64,000 bases of DNA from Vicugna vicugna (taxonomy: Eukaryota), in the NCBI GenBank assembly GCA_013265495.1, contig MU058213.1, positions 5,046,854 through 5,110,853 of the forward strand. Direction: 5' to 3'. Below are positions 42,399 to 54,923 of the stretch, piece after piece. Numbering within the stretch: the stretch's first letter is position 1; the number at the start of each line of letters is the position of its first letter. The notes beneath the pieces were generated by a model that saw only the letters and a program-made list of their open reading frames with translations, was not told the DNA's origin and searched no databases. A program made the translations under genes and the position numbers.

Positions 42399-42966
42399 TG
42401 AAGGAGGATTAATAAAATGGCCGCACTTAGGCTAACAGATTACTCATTCTTATGCTTGCCCTTAAAATGGTCAACTGACCTGACTAACCAGCTACTACTC
42501 ACAGTTCCAGGTCCATTGTTAAAAATAAAGCTATTGATCTTACTGTTTCTACTTTATTCCAGTCATTGAACGTAATAATCATGCTTGGTCTCTGAGTCCT
42601 TCTCCAAGGAGAAGGTCACAGGACTAACCTTACAAAGTAGCCTAAATTACCAAGAAGATCACACCTTGAGTTGCTTACGAGATAAAGAAATCTGCTAACT
42701 GGTCGCCTGGAGGCATCATGATGCCATTCTGTCTTTTGATGAGAAAATGATTCTGTTGATTGTTATTGATGCTTTACTGTTTGAGCTGTGGCTATATAAT
42801 CACCCCACCCCATCCCCAAGGTGGGCTCACAGTCTGAAGGCACTAGCCTGCTGTGAGTCCCCTTTGCCCAGCAAAGCAATAAAATCGCCTTTTTTCTTCT
42901 AAGCTCCAAGACCTTGTCTCTGAGTTATTTGGCTCGTCAGGGACGGGGGCCGATCTTTCGGCAACA
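42399..42966 (+). mobile_element. ERV1-type solo LTR, 568 bp
   Basis: TG...CA ends (tgaagga...ggcaaca). Perfect 4-bp TSD ttcc (42395-42398 / 42967-42970). TATA tatataa at 42793-42799 and AATAAA at 42878-42883. Confidence 0.9.
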
Positions 42967-43192
42967 TTCCTACACTGGGCATTAAGTGGGATGTCCTTGT
43001 CTTTGGGTGTACCAGTGTCCAGCATGGTGCCTGGACTGGACTACGAGTGAGGTACATTCCAGAGCTCCCTAGTACACACTGGAAGGAAAAGCCCGTGAGG
43101 CAAGATGGATTTGACCTGTTCATCCCAGAGTTAAGATCACAGTGGGAAGCTGGGACTACGCAGTGCATAGCACATTAAAAAAAACTTAGCGA

Positions 43193-43270
43193 TATGTGTA
43201 ACTGAATTGCTTTGCTGTATACCTGAAACTAACATTATAAATTGACTACACTTCAATAAAAAATAAAAAG
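43193..43270 (+). mobile_element. Short L1 3'-terminal fragment
   Basis: gtgtaactgaattgctttgctgtatacctgaaactaacattataaattgactacacttcaataaaaaataaaa, homologous to the other L1 3' ends. Confidence 0.75.
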
Positions 43271-43942
43271 ACTCTCTAAATGACTGGACTTAAGTTAAAA
43301 GACACAGTGAGAATGTATAAGGCATACTGTGGCTTCTGTTATGTCCAACTGACTTAGTCCCTTAAGCATCATTTAGAGCAGCAGACATAGCCCTAACCAA
43401 AGTATGATTCTGATGTCACCTTGGCTCATTTCTGTTCGATTATTGGTGCAAACTTATCAAGGAGTGACTGGGAGGGTGTTTCTCCTCATTCAGGATCCGC
43501 TCTTCTTTCTCTGTGGCTGACTTCCTCATGATTTGCTGATCTAAACCCTGCAATGGTTTACAAACCAATTGCCCCCAGTGTTCAAGTTTCTTAATTATAA
43601 AGCAGTCACGACCTCAGTCTTTCCACCCAGAGTCCTCCTGACCTTTATTTCTTTGTATGGCTCTGACTCAGAGCTTTCCACGATCCGGTGTTTGTTCTAA
43701 GTGCAGATCTGCGGGCCTCAGTTCCGGAAACTCTGCTTTAATCTATTTGTGTAGGCGGCTTGTGACTTACACTGTGGGCAACATCGCTCTAGTTATAGCC
43801 ATCTTACAACTGCAGTTATCTCTGCAACGACAAAATGTGGTTTCCTTTCCTCCCATGTGTCAGGGAAAAATTCCCTGCCATAGCTGCTTCTACCTGGGAA
43901 AAAGCTTTCTCCCCACCAATAAGCAGTGGGAAGAGCAGCAGG

Positions 43943-44307
43943 AGTAGCAGTCTGCTCGGGCTGCCACCACACGAGACCATACACTGGGTGGCTGCGTCAG
44001 AAATTTATTTTCTCACAGCTGTGCGGCCTGGAAAGTCCAAGATCAAGGAGTCAGCCGATCTGGTTCCTGGTGAGAACTCTCTTCCTGGCTTACATACGGC
44101 CACCTTCGTGCTGCGTTTCACATGGTGGGGGAGAGAGAGAGCTCTCCTGTGCCTCCTCTTTTAAGGACACTAATCCTACTTGGGTCAAGGCTCCACCCTT
44201 ATGACATCGTTTACCTTAATTACTTCCTTACTCTAAATACAGCCACATGGGAGGGAGGTAGTGTTTCAACATGAATTTGGGGAGGGGGATATGGTTCAGT
44301 TCATAGC
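43943..44307 (-). mobile_element. MLT1A/B-type MaLR LTR
   Basis: gtctgctcgggctgcc...cagaaatttattttctcacag...aagtccaagatcaagg...cttttaaggacactaatcc...tttcaacatgaatttggggaggg...ttcagttcatagc. Confidence 0.85.
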
Positions 44308-44882
44308 TGTAGACCACCTTGAGTGTTGGTAGAAATGGAACCTTCACGTCTGATAGAAGAATTGCCTGACAAAGGTTTAAAAACAAGACCAAAGCTGGAT
44401 CTTCCTGAAATGACCTGGGAGTAGTGAGAGGGATGACCACTAGCAGTTGGGCCACAATAAACTGAGACAGACTTCTTGGACCACCCTGCTTCTATGCATA
44501 TGAGCTGTGAGCAGCAAAGGCAACTGTGACCATGTCATTCCCCTCAACTCAAACACTTACTGAGGACCAACAAAGGGCAAGATGCTCAAAGAGCCACAGG
44601 AAAGCACAGAAGAATCTGGCCATCCCTTCCCTCGAGAAAGCTTAACTGGCGCTTGTTAGGGGAAAAAGTGGACGTACACATACACTAAGTTACTCTGACT
44701 CAGCTGCGCAATGCTATGGAAGCAGTCATTTCTGGGAAGATCACGACATCTCTGTAAGATGAGGGCATCGAGGGGCGTGTGGAAGAATCAGGGTTGTATT
44801 TGACAGGTGGAGACTGAGCAGTGGTAGAGAGAAAAGAGAAAAATGAGGGGTTTCTAGAGAAGAAGAAAGCTTGAGCAAAGAC

Positions 44883-45895
44883 TAAGACTGGCTATGTAAT
44901 TTGCAGGGTTACTGCAAAATGGAAATGTTGGCCTCGCTGAAAAAGCAGGAAGTTACCATTGAAGGCACCGAAATACACAACTTTCCTTTCTTCCATAGCT
45001 TCTTGACTTGGCACAGTGCTTTCTTGTTTGTTTGTTTGTTTTTAATTTCCTATTTAACATCGTTCTAACTAAAGGAAATTAAGATCTTTAATTTTAACTA
45101 GCATGAATTTTACTGTTCATTTTTACATTGTGCAATGCCAGTTTAAAAAGCAAGTATCAGGGTTTTAACTTTTATGCAGAAGCATCAAACTTAGAGAATT
45201 CTTACTTCATGGCTGGCACATGCATATATATATTTTGTTCTTACCAGAAGGATGACAACACTGCACAAAATGTACTTAGCTGGTTTTATTTCACTTCTTT
45301 GTAAACTCACTTTCTACCAACTCTCTCCACTTCAGCTTCTGAATGAGCAAGGAGAGCTTGGGAGGAAAAGGAGTTGTGGGCTGCCCTATCTTTCCTTTTC
45401 CTCGTAAGTCATCATTTCAGCATAAGCATTTGGCTAATCCAGGGAAGAAAAATGAACAAGAAAGAATATGATGGGATTCCTCAATCATTTGTGTTTAGAA
45501 CACTATTTATTGGCTTCTGTGTTTGAAGCAAGTTTTGGTTCAAAAAAAGCATGGCCTATCTGGGCTACCAGCGCACCCTTCAGTTATAGGGTAATACACT
45601 TACTGTGGATGTACTCTGCACTCATCATGAGGCCAGATTTCCCTACGGGGGTTGGGGAGAACAACACTATATGCAAATAATTAGGAAAGCAATGGATGCA
45701 GACGTGTGTGTTAAGGACTCTCCTCTGATCATCTGCATACTCCACCAATCCATTAGACTTCACCTAATAAATACAATTCAAAAGAAAAGATTTAAGAATT
45801 TAAAACATGGCCGCAGTAGATTAAGCCAAGCTCAAGATCCTGAATGTGGGGCTCTGTGCCATAACACAGGCCATATATCCAGGAAGCTGGCCCTG
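44883..45895 (-). mobile_element. MER45B-like hAT-Tip100 element (~1.0 kb) inserted in an L2 relic
   Basis: Termini taagactggctatgtaatttgcaggg and atccaggaagctggccctg match MER45 ends; degenerate 8-bp flanks gcaaagac/acagaggc (5/8). Confidence 0.75.
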
Positions 45896-47545
45896 ACAGA
45901 GGCATTAAAGTAGAAAAGTAGATTTCTGGTTTAGGGAGAATGATGAATCTTGTTTATCTTACACATAAGACATACAACAGAAAAACCAAGAAGTAAGTTG
46001 GATCAGATCTTAGAGAGCCTTGAAAGCCACAGCCAGCATTTTGGGCTTTATTTTGCAGGTAGTGGTGAAGGATGGAGGTTTTGAGTGGGAGATTGACAGT
46101 ATCTGGAGTGCGTTTTAGGGAGGGGATGCTGGCAACAACTGAGAAAGTGGCTCAGAGAAGGTAGCACTGTTAAGTCGGAAGGGACCAGCCCTGAAGTCAC
46201 TGTAACAGTGCAGATGAGGACCAGAATTAGGGCTGTGGCTGGGCGTCAGCAGAGGGGCTCTGGACAAAGACACACTTTGAAATTCAATTTAGAGCAGTTT
46301 TTTCTGCACTACTTGTCTGGTTTTGTTTTCAAACTTAAAAGTTTATTTTAAGAATAAGACTTACTTTTCCCTTTGGAATTCTGAAGTTTCATATGTCTGC
46401 GAAAAAATTACTTGGGTTTTAGAAATTTACTTTGGAAGCTTAAGGCTGTCAATCAACTTATAAGCTATGCCCAAAGACCTGGCAACTCTCAGTGCTGCCC
46501 TCCCTGAACGCAGTGTTGAGAACGTCCTGGCGCCGCCCGGTGATAGCTTAGAAAACCCACACCTTATGCAGGGAAGATTGAAATGTTTTCCACCCTAAAT
46601 TCCTTTTGTCTATTTCGGACCATAAGGAAATGATGTAGTGAAGGCAAAATAAAAATCTAACTGAAAACATCCTTTCTGGAATTAGAGGATTAAGCTCTAC
46701 CTTCAACTAGTCTGACCAGACCTTTGGAGGTGAGCCCGTGGAAAGCATCCGCGGCAGCCCACAGGGGCAGAGCTGCGTTCTGGCGAGCTGCGTGTAAGCT
46801 AGTTAGATCAAGTGTGGCCTGGCCCTGATCTAACTCCCAGACCCAGACAGAGGAGAGCCACATCTGCACTCATTTATGCGTCAGAGACACACGCCATTGA
46901 GGAGGTGGGCAGGGCTTCTAGTTCACACCTTGTTGGGATTATTCCACGACAATGGGGGATATAAACAAAGGTGGTGCCCGGCCAAAGGCTCTGCTTGGTT
47001 TTGCCCCATTAACTCAAAACGTGTTCTGAGGCCCATGTGCCAGAGACTTTTCAAAATAAAAAGGATTATTTTGGCAGAAGCAAAATTTGCCTTGGTTTTG
47101 AGTTTTTAAATGTGTCACCCACAACTTAAAACAAGGGCAACAAGCTTCATGCAAGGTTGTAAAACTCTTCTTACAGCAAATCCCAACTCTAAAGACACCG
47201 TAAAGGTCTCAATACCTTTGTTTCTCTGAAGCTCTTGACTGCATTATGTCATTTCCCTTTCTCTTGTGTTCAAGGACAGCCCTGGTGGTTCTCATTTCTC
47301 TGTGCACGACAGCATGACTACAAGCTGTTGCGAGGCCACCAGCGCTTTCTACACAGGTGAGCTTTTTGTGGTAGGACGGCTCAGTGCTCCAGCAGACAGA
47401 CCCCTCTAGGCTTAAAGAGGTTCTGCCAATGCCTGCGCACGAGGACTATCTAGAAGGAGTGCGTTCAGGGTTCACTGCAGCATCTTGCAGGACCTACAAG
47501 TCCTCAGGGCTGGCACCATGTGACAGTCCATTCATCTTGGGAAAG

Positions 47546-47750
47546 CAAGGATTCTCAGTCAATTTTGTCCCTAAGGGACATTTGACAATGACTGGAGGTA
47601 TTTTAGATTGTCAAGACTGGTGTTGAGGGACATGCTAGTGGCATCTAGAGGCTGGGGATTCTGCTAAACCCCCTGCAGTTCATAGGAGAGCCCCCACGAC
47701 AAGAAGATATCCCATCCAAAATGTTAATAGTGCGCGGTGGAGAAACGCTG
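47546..47750 (+). mobile_element. MER20 hAT-Charlie MITE
   Basis: attttgtccctaagggacatttgacaatgactggagg...tggcatctagaggctggggattctgctaaac...ccaaaatgttaatagtgc...gagaaacgctg. Confidence 0.85.
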
Positions 47751-50197
47751 ATGTAAAATAAGTACTGACTGAAGGGAAAGGCTGTCGTTACTCCTGGGGA
47801 TACACTACGCATTGCATCAAACCCTGAAGGATGCCCGATCGGAAAAAAACTAGCGATCCAAGTGGTAGAAGTAAACTGACATCTGGAAGAGTGAAGGGTC
47901 TTTCCTAGAAAGGGAAGAAGGTATCTTCTTTAAGTGACCTCATGTGTCCCTATAGCAGACATCACTTTTGCCTACCTACCCAACGTCCATTCCCTTTTCC
48001 ATCTGGGGAGAGCACCTTGATTTTCCTCGAGGAGTGACCCTTCCCTTATCCTTGGATGAACGTGGGACCTAAGCACAACCTCTTGGAGTCTTTGTCCCAG
48101 AAGGAATGACGCACAGACGGTCAGTGATTGAGCCAAGTCATTCCTGAAGAAACAGTCCTTGTGATGCAGTCCTTAGACTCCCCAGGGCAGCTCTGGTTTC
48201 TTCTTTTTCAAAGTCTAGTAGCTCAACTTTCTCTTCCTGTGTCCTTCCAATTCATTTGTTTCTTTCAACTAGCAAGAGTAGGATGCAAACAGAGACCCCA
48301 AATGCCTCTAGCTCGCTGTTCTGAGGGCCTGGGTGATGTCATGGATTTGAATCATACCAGACATGTGAGCTGTTTCATGACGGGTGTGTAAGTTTTAGAG
48401 ATTTATAGAGACTGACTGAAAACTCTAGCTCAACGCCACCTCTGATGCTGAGCTGTTCAGTACCCTGGGCAGAGCAGCCATCACTCAACGCAAGTTCCTA
48501 GTGGCCTTGAAGCACCCGACCCCGTGAGCAGGCATAGCCACTAAAACCGCTCCCTGAGGAGATCATGCGCTTAGAAAAAGAAAACCCGCCAAGTGTGAAA
48601 AAACTGAGAATTACAGTCCAAAATACCTCAGATCCCATTCTCCTTGTTTACCAGACAACCATTCTAACTAAACATGGGAAATGACACTATCGATAATATC
48701 ATGAGTTGCATGAGCGAATTCCCCCAAAGTGAATCAAAGTATCATGAAATCTCTTTAAACAATTTTTTACTTTGTTGAATTTTTGTATTTTATTGTTAAC
48801 AAAAGAAATACTTCTTAGTGTAAAAAGTATAGAAGCAGACGGCTTTCCTTCCCCCCCTTTCTTATTCATTCCCTAGAAGCTTAACCACAGTGAAGAGGCT
48901 GGTGCATAATACACCATATATCACCCCAGACAGCTTTTCCTGCCTATGCAAACATACAGAGTTTGTTGTTTCCCTTGTGAATCATAAAGTCAGGGTCACA
49001 CTACACATATTTTTCAGCACTTTTTTTCACGTGTATCTTGGACATCCTTCTGTATCAATTCATATAACTCTTACTTTATTACTTTTTTTAATTTGTCCTT
49101 TACAAAGCATCAGCACATGACTGGTTAATTTCTGAATCACTGACATAATACTGATTAAAAATAATGGTGATTCCAGGACCACCTCTGGCTAATCTGTGTT
49201 TTCATTCTAGGTGAAGATCTCCTGGCCTGCTGCCCGTGATATATTATTGTTGTTATGAAAGAGCAGAAATATGCTTCAAGTATTTCCTCTAACCATCAAA
49301 ACTTCAGGGCGGGAGGAAGGACCTGGATGAACTTCTCAGCAAAGAAAAGGTAGAGTGTCCTGGAAATACATTCCGAGACCAAACGAGACCCAGCAAAATA
49401 GAGCAGCCAGTTTTCTCCCACGCAGCCCCTCCCCCAGACCCGCCATCAGCAATAATTTCGGAGAAATAAAGCAAATGGATCACTACATTCCTACACGTCT
49501 ATTACACTTGACTATTCTTTGCAGGAGCTACTCAGGACCAAATGTTTGGAAAGGAAGTTGGCTGGCCACAGTGTCCTTTTTTTTTTTTAAACTTATTCTG
49601 CTGCAGCTGCAAAATAGAAAAAGAAAAATCCAAACCCCTCCCCTCCCAACCAAAGACTTTTTTTGGGAAAATTCTTCCAATCTTTTTTTTTTTTTTGAAA
49701 AATTCTTGCACATTACATTCTTGTGCTTATACATGCTGACCCTCCTGATAATTGCTGAGGCCTTTTAAATTTTTTAAAGAATTGAGAGTTTTTTGTTTTG
49801 TTTTGTTTTGTTTTGTTTAAATGAATGAGTGGGTCTTCTGAGTCAGGATTAACTGCTGAATTCCTTGGCTTCTCTGTTGCCCTAACTGAGCTGTAAAGAC
49901 AGCTTGTTTTCTTACGTGTTATTCCCATGTGGGCCACTAGGCAACATTAATATTGATTATGACAAAGTGCTTTCCACCATCTGCCTCAGTGTTTGTGTTC
50001 AGCCTATGAAACCTTGGCCTTGCCTTCAGTCTATCATTGCTAGCCTCTACTAGCTGGTATCTTATTACAGGGTAATTTATCCTGTGGTCTTCTTAGCCCG
50101 GCACTGCCAACCCTTGGATCCTTCCAAATCTGCCTCTGCCCTCTGGCCTCAACTACCACACTCAGAGGACACTGAGCTGATACAAAAATCACTTCCA

Positions 50198-50466
50198 AAC
50201 TAAGGCCTCCACCCAAGTGGAGGACGGTGACTACACGCTGAGCACAAGCGTGTGGACCCCAGACTGGTCGGAACCAGAAGGCTGGTGACTGGGTGGGTGA
50301 GGTTCCAGGAATCTCAATCAATGGAAAGTCACACACCCTGCAGCCCTCCCCCAAAGTTTTTGCCTTTAAAAATTCTTCCCTGAAACCCACCGGGGAGTTC
50401 TGGCTTTTTCAGTTAATTCTCCTTGTTTGGACCTTGTAATAAACCATTCTCTGCTTCAATTCAAAA
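50198..50466 (+). mobile_element. Retroposed (processed) ERV1 LTR fragment: partial U3 + R + A tail
   Basis: Homologous to the LTRs at 58318 and 59995. AATAAA at 50438-50443, A run from 50463, perfect 14-bp TSD aaaaatcacttcca (50184-50197 / 50467-50480). No U5 and no TG...CA ends. Confidence 0.85.
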
Positions 50467-51819
50467 AAAAATCACTTCCATCATCACAGCATCGGGCCTC
50501 CTCTGTCTGCAGTGCCCTTCCCTTCCTCTCTGCCACCCGGCAAAGTCGTTCCCAGCCTTCCAGGTCCAGATCAAGGGGCACCATCTAACATTTCTCTTAA
50601 CTGCTTCTCCCTCTTGCCCTCCGTAGGCACAATTAAGCCTCCATAATGAGGTGGCATTTTGTTTCTACTCTTACCACATGGAGAGTGCAGGTTTATCAAT
50701 ATTACTATCAATTCTCATTAATAACATTACTACTGCTATAATAAAAACAGCCAGCTTCAAGTACTCACTAGCTGTCAGAAACTGAGCTGAGGGCTTCTGT
50801 GAGGTCATTTAAATCTTTGACTTTGCTCCATTTTACAGAGGAGGAAATTAGTGTTCAGAGACACTGAGCTGCCCAAATGCACACAACCAAGAAAGCGTCA
50901 GGGCCAAGCCCCAGCCAGTCTTGACTCCGCAGCCTGTGGCCTGCACCCCTGGGCTGTGCAGCACTTTCACGCCCGCACCCTCTTCCTTTGGGTCGGAGCT
51001 TAAGCTCTGTTTCATCTACATTTGCGCTTGTTGTTCCAGGTGTAGCAGCCTCTCAACACTGTAGCGCTTCTCTTTTCCAGTGGGTTTTCACCCAGGTATT
51101 GAAGGCTGCTGAGCAGACAGGACCAGGATGCTTGCTGATGGGGTGAGCCGAGACTTCTGACACTGCCAGCCCTCAGGGCTGACTATGGCCTGATCCACAG
51201 AGGCGTGTGTGAGTGGGTGCAGGGCGGGCGGAGGACCCACTGCACTGGGTGCAGCCAGACAGGGAGGGAGACTAAGCGTGAGGACACACAGAGGTGGGGG
51301 GACAGTGAGTTAAGGCAGGTCTAACATTTGAGCACCTACCCATTCAATCTTCTGTTTCCCAACTTCAGATGGAAAGCAGGCTCAGAGGCGGCAAGGTACC
51401 CTGCCCAAAATTACATGGCTAGTTAAATGGCCAAGATTGAAGTGGGGCCAAAGCTCATACCACTGGGAGAAAGTTACCCTCGTGGTAGTCTCAGGTCTAC
51501 CACCACTGCACTGTCCCTTCCTGGGGCCACAGCTCTAAGCGCAATGGTGTGCTTTGTGAAGAAGGAGATCAGCCTCATAAGGCACGGGGGATTCACTGCG
51601 CTGCTAAGCAATGGGTGGGGAGGGCAGGGGGGCTGCCACTGAACCCTGACCTGGCGCACTCAGCCAGCTTGCAAGGGAAATGGGCTACTGTTGTAGCCTG
51701 CTGTCTCTGCTGGACACTGGGAGTCTGTGGTTGAAGGCTGTTGCTCTGCTCTGCAAATGGTGACCAGGGCAGGGAGAAGACTGAGTGGAGAACAAGCATT
51801 CTTTGAAGTTCAACTGATC

Positions 51820-52456
51820 TGATACAGGAAAAGTATGGGGTGCTAGAGGATGGCTGTGTCCCCGGTCTCGGTGGAGTCCCTAGGATACGCCCCACCAGGT
51901 GAGGGTCATTGGCGTCTCACAGGAAAGAATTCAAGAGCGAGCCATAGTTGAGTTAAAAGTAGATTCAGACAGGTGTAGATTTAGAGAGAGGTACACTCCA
52001 CAGACAGAGTGCAGGCCATCTCAGAAGGTCTGAGAAAGGCCCAGGAGATACACATTCCATAAGCAGAATGCAGGCCATCTTACTCAGAAGGGAGAGTGGT
52101 GGACTCAGAGTATGGGATTGGCTCGGAAAAGTGAGAACGGCCACGAGGTGTGGGGGCTGTTATGTTATTATGGGCTCAGTAACTTCACATGCTAACAAGT
52201 GGGAGGATTATTCCAACTACTTTTGGGAAGGCACTGGGAGTCCCAGGAACTGGGCCATCACCCACTTTGTGACCTTTTACGGTCAGCCTGGGAACTGTCA
52301 TGGTGCCCTTGGGAGCGCCATTTAGCAGCTATTGTATTTCAGTGAGCGGATATTGAAGCCCAGGGTCTACTGGGTGTTGAAGCTTCCACCATCTTGGTGC
52401 TAATTGCTGTGTCATTCTTTCAATGGCTGTGCCCTGCCCTCTTCCCTCCTGTCTCA
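51820..52456 (-). mobile_element. ERV1-type solo LTR, 637 bp
   Basis: tgatac...tgtctca ends; 4-bp flanks gatc/aatc (3/4); caggaaagaattcaagagcgagcc motif; internal imperfect tandem duplication at ~51985-52090. Confidence 0.8.
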
Positions 52457-52569
52457 AATCCACGTGTCCTTAGACGGGGCATGGGGAACCCCCGGGGCGA
52501 GAAGCATGGTGATGTTACCGCTCAGCCTTGCCTCCCCCTGCTTGGAAGGTCTAACCTGTCTCACTTTAA

Positions 52570-53070
52570 AGACTCACATACCATGTGTCTAAATATTTAA
52601 AAGTTATAAATCAAACCAAACTGCTAAAATATGTTCCATCCTCCCACCTCGACAAATCTAACTCCATAATGACCTAGAAGGCCAGGCTGGAATTTACAGT
52701 TCTCAGGCTCATGGGGTTCTCCAGGGGAGCAAGGTGGTGCAGGGAGAGGCGGGCCCTGAAGGAGCCTCACTTGCCCTCACTTTCTATCCCCTGCTACAGA
52801 AGGCCTTGGGTCCCATGTGTGGATATGCCAGCCCACGCTTTCCAATTCTGTCCCTACCTCCAGCATATATAGCTGTCCTGAGGCCACTCTGAGCAGAGGA
52901 TTTCATCATCTGAGCAGGGAGTTCCGGGGTGCTGACTACCTGGAGTGAAGCCTGGATGGGAGTAGTGGACTCCTCGCCCTGCATGCAGGGGTGAGGCTGG
53001 AGTGGAGCCAGAGCCAGGCCACCTAAAGTAACAGCCCAGCCAGGGGTCTCTCTTGCCTGTGTCTAATCTA
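52570..53070 (+). mobile_element. Old hAT-Tip100-type DNA transposon relic (MamTip2-like)
   Basis: cacataccatgtgtctaaatatttaaaagttataaatcaa...ataatgacctagaaggccagg; second related copy at ~10.4 kb. Confidence 0.55.
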
Positions 53071-53104
53071 AAGCAATGAATGCTGATGATTAAAAGATTG
53101 AATT

Positions 53105-53223
53105 GGGGGTAGGGGAGTATATATGTGTGGGTGGGGAGGACTATGTGCAAACTCTGTACTTTTTGTTCAGTTCTGTTGTGAACCTGAAACTGCTCTTAAA
53201 GGATACAGTCTATTTAAAAAAAA
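53105..53223 (+). mobile_element. Short old L1 3' end with A tail
   Basis: aactctgtactttttgttcagttctgttgtgaacctgaaactgctctt followed by poly(A); TSD aaaagattgaatt (53092-53104) / aaaaggttgaatt (53224-53236), 12/13. Confidence 0.8.
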
Positions 53224-53446
53224 AAAAGGTTGAATTTCTGAACAGAAGCTGATCCTGTCTTGATCATCACTGTAGCCCTCGAAGCCAGCACAGTGCCTAG
53301 GACACAGCGCCTAGGACACAGCAGGCGCTCAATAAATTGTGAATGAATTACCATCATAGAAGCCAAGATGGATTTTAAGCCACTGGTTGTTAGAATGCCA
53401 AAGTCACTGAATGCTTTCTGAAGAAGGATTTGAGTAGCTGTTGATT

Positions 53447-53591
53447 TAAAAAATTCCACTCATTTGCATTTTTGGCGGGGAGGTAATTAGGTCTTTTACT
53501 TATTTTAATGGAGGTACTGGGGATTGAACCTAGGACCTGTGCATGCTAAGCATGTGTTCTACCACTTGAGCTATTTACCCCCTCCCACCCT
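53447..53591 (-). mobile_element. tRNA-derived SINE of camelid type
   Basis: On the minus strand, Pol III A box tagctcaagtggtag and B box ggttcaatcc. TSD agtagctgttgatt (53433-53446) / agtagctattgatt (53592-53605), 13/14. Confidence 0.85.
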
Positions 53592-54403
53592 AGTAGCTAT
53601 TGATTCTTACTCCCTCTGTCATGATTCAATCCCTCCTACTTACTACCATTAGGCAACTCAAAACACTAAAGATAAGTAACTTGATATTAAAAATGGATAC
53701 TTTTTTTTTGAAAAACTTGCAAGTTTGGTTTGGAAACACTGGGGAGAAAAGTTGCTTTCTTTAGGAAAGTCAGTAATCACATTTGGGCAGAGAAACCAAA
53801 TTTCTGCATTAAGGCTTTCTATAGTCAATCTTTTCCCAGCTGGAAGGAGAGACCAAAGGATCTTGCCTGGACTTCTTCACATCTGTACATCTTCACATCT
53901 GTATCATCACTCCATTGTTTCCTTCCAAGTAGAGTTTTCTTTGAGTGCTAAGTCTTTCGTTTCATTTGAGTTGTCATCTTGTGCCATGTTTCTGGAATGA
54001 TGGTTGCCCAGTTCTGCATGTGCACAAATGCCATGGAGCCCACATTTGTTCTATTCCAATTATGACAGCATTCTTCCTCATGTCATATAGGGAGCTCAAT
54101 TTCATCCTATGGAAGTTACCATGACCTGTCCTGTGTGCCTAGAATTGCATTTCCTTAATAACTGATCACAAGTATGACTGGGTTTCAATAAAGCACGTGT
54201 CAAACTATGCATAGACTTCATTTTGGAAAATGCCACAAGAATGAATTTAGTTGTCCACCTTTTGTATTCTCAGGCCAAACATCTCTCTAGTCTTTTCCAC
54301 TTCCTAGCCTTTCGTTGTTAAGGTCCAAGTAAAATAATTACGGTTTTGGCAAATGACAACATGGTAGCCCAAGCCACAAGCTTTGAGAGATAGGGAAGGG
54401 TGG

Positions 54404-54923
54404 TGAAATACTGTGGCTTACAGTAAGACACATTTCATCTTCATCCGTTTCTGGCACAGAGTTCCTAAAACCCTTGGAATTTCCTATGGTGAGAGTGATA
54501 AAGGTCTCTTTAGTTATAATAATGACTTTTGGGCTGCACCTCAGGTTGGGAGCCAGTTGCCAGGGGAACCAATCACGTAATTAAAAGGTTAGAACTTTCA
54601 GTCCCACACCCTGACCTCCAGGGAGAGGAAAAGGGCTGGAGTCAAGCTGAGTTGCCCATAGGTATGATGGACTAAGTCACTGACAATGTAATGATGCCTC
54701 CATAAAAATCCACAAGGGGTTTAGCCCTGGATTGGTGACCATGTGGAGATTTGGGGAGAGTGTTACTCTGGAAGAGAGCATGGAAGCGTGGAGCCCTTTC
54801 CTCATACCCTGCCCTATACATCTCTTCCATCTGTTACTGAGTTAAATCCTTTTATACTGAACTGGTTATCTAGGCAGTAAAATGTGTGAGTTCTGTGAGC
54901 AGCTCTAGCAAATTAACTGAACC
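54404..54923 (+). mobile_element. MER21-like LTR, 5' part
   Basis: tttctggcacagagttcctaaaacccttggaatttcct...aaggttagaactttcagtcccacaccctgacctccagggagagg...gagttctgtgagcagctctagcaaattaactgaacc. Confidence 0.8.

Noticed and set aside
53510..53586. tRNA gene
   Set aside because: The A/B boxes belong to a SINE with tail and TSD; no complete cloverleaf.
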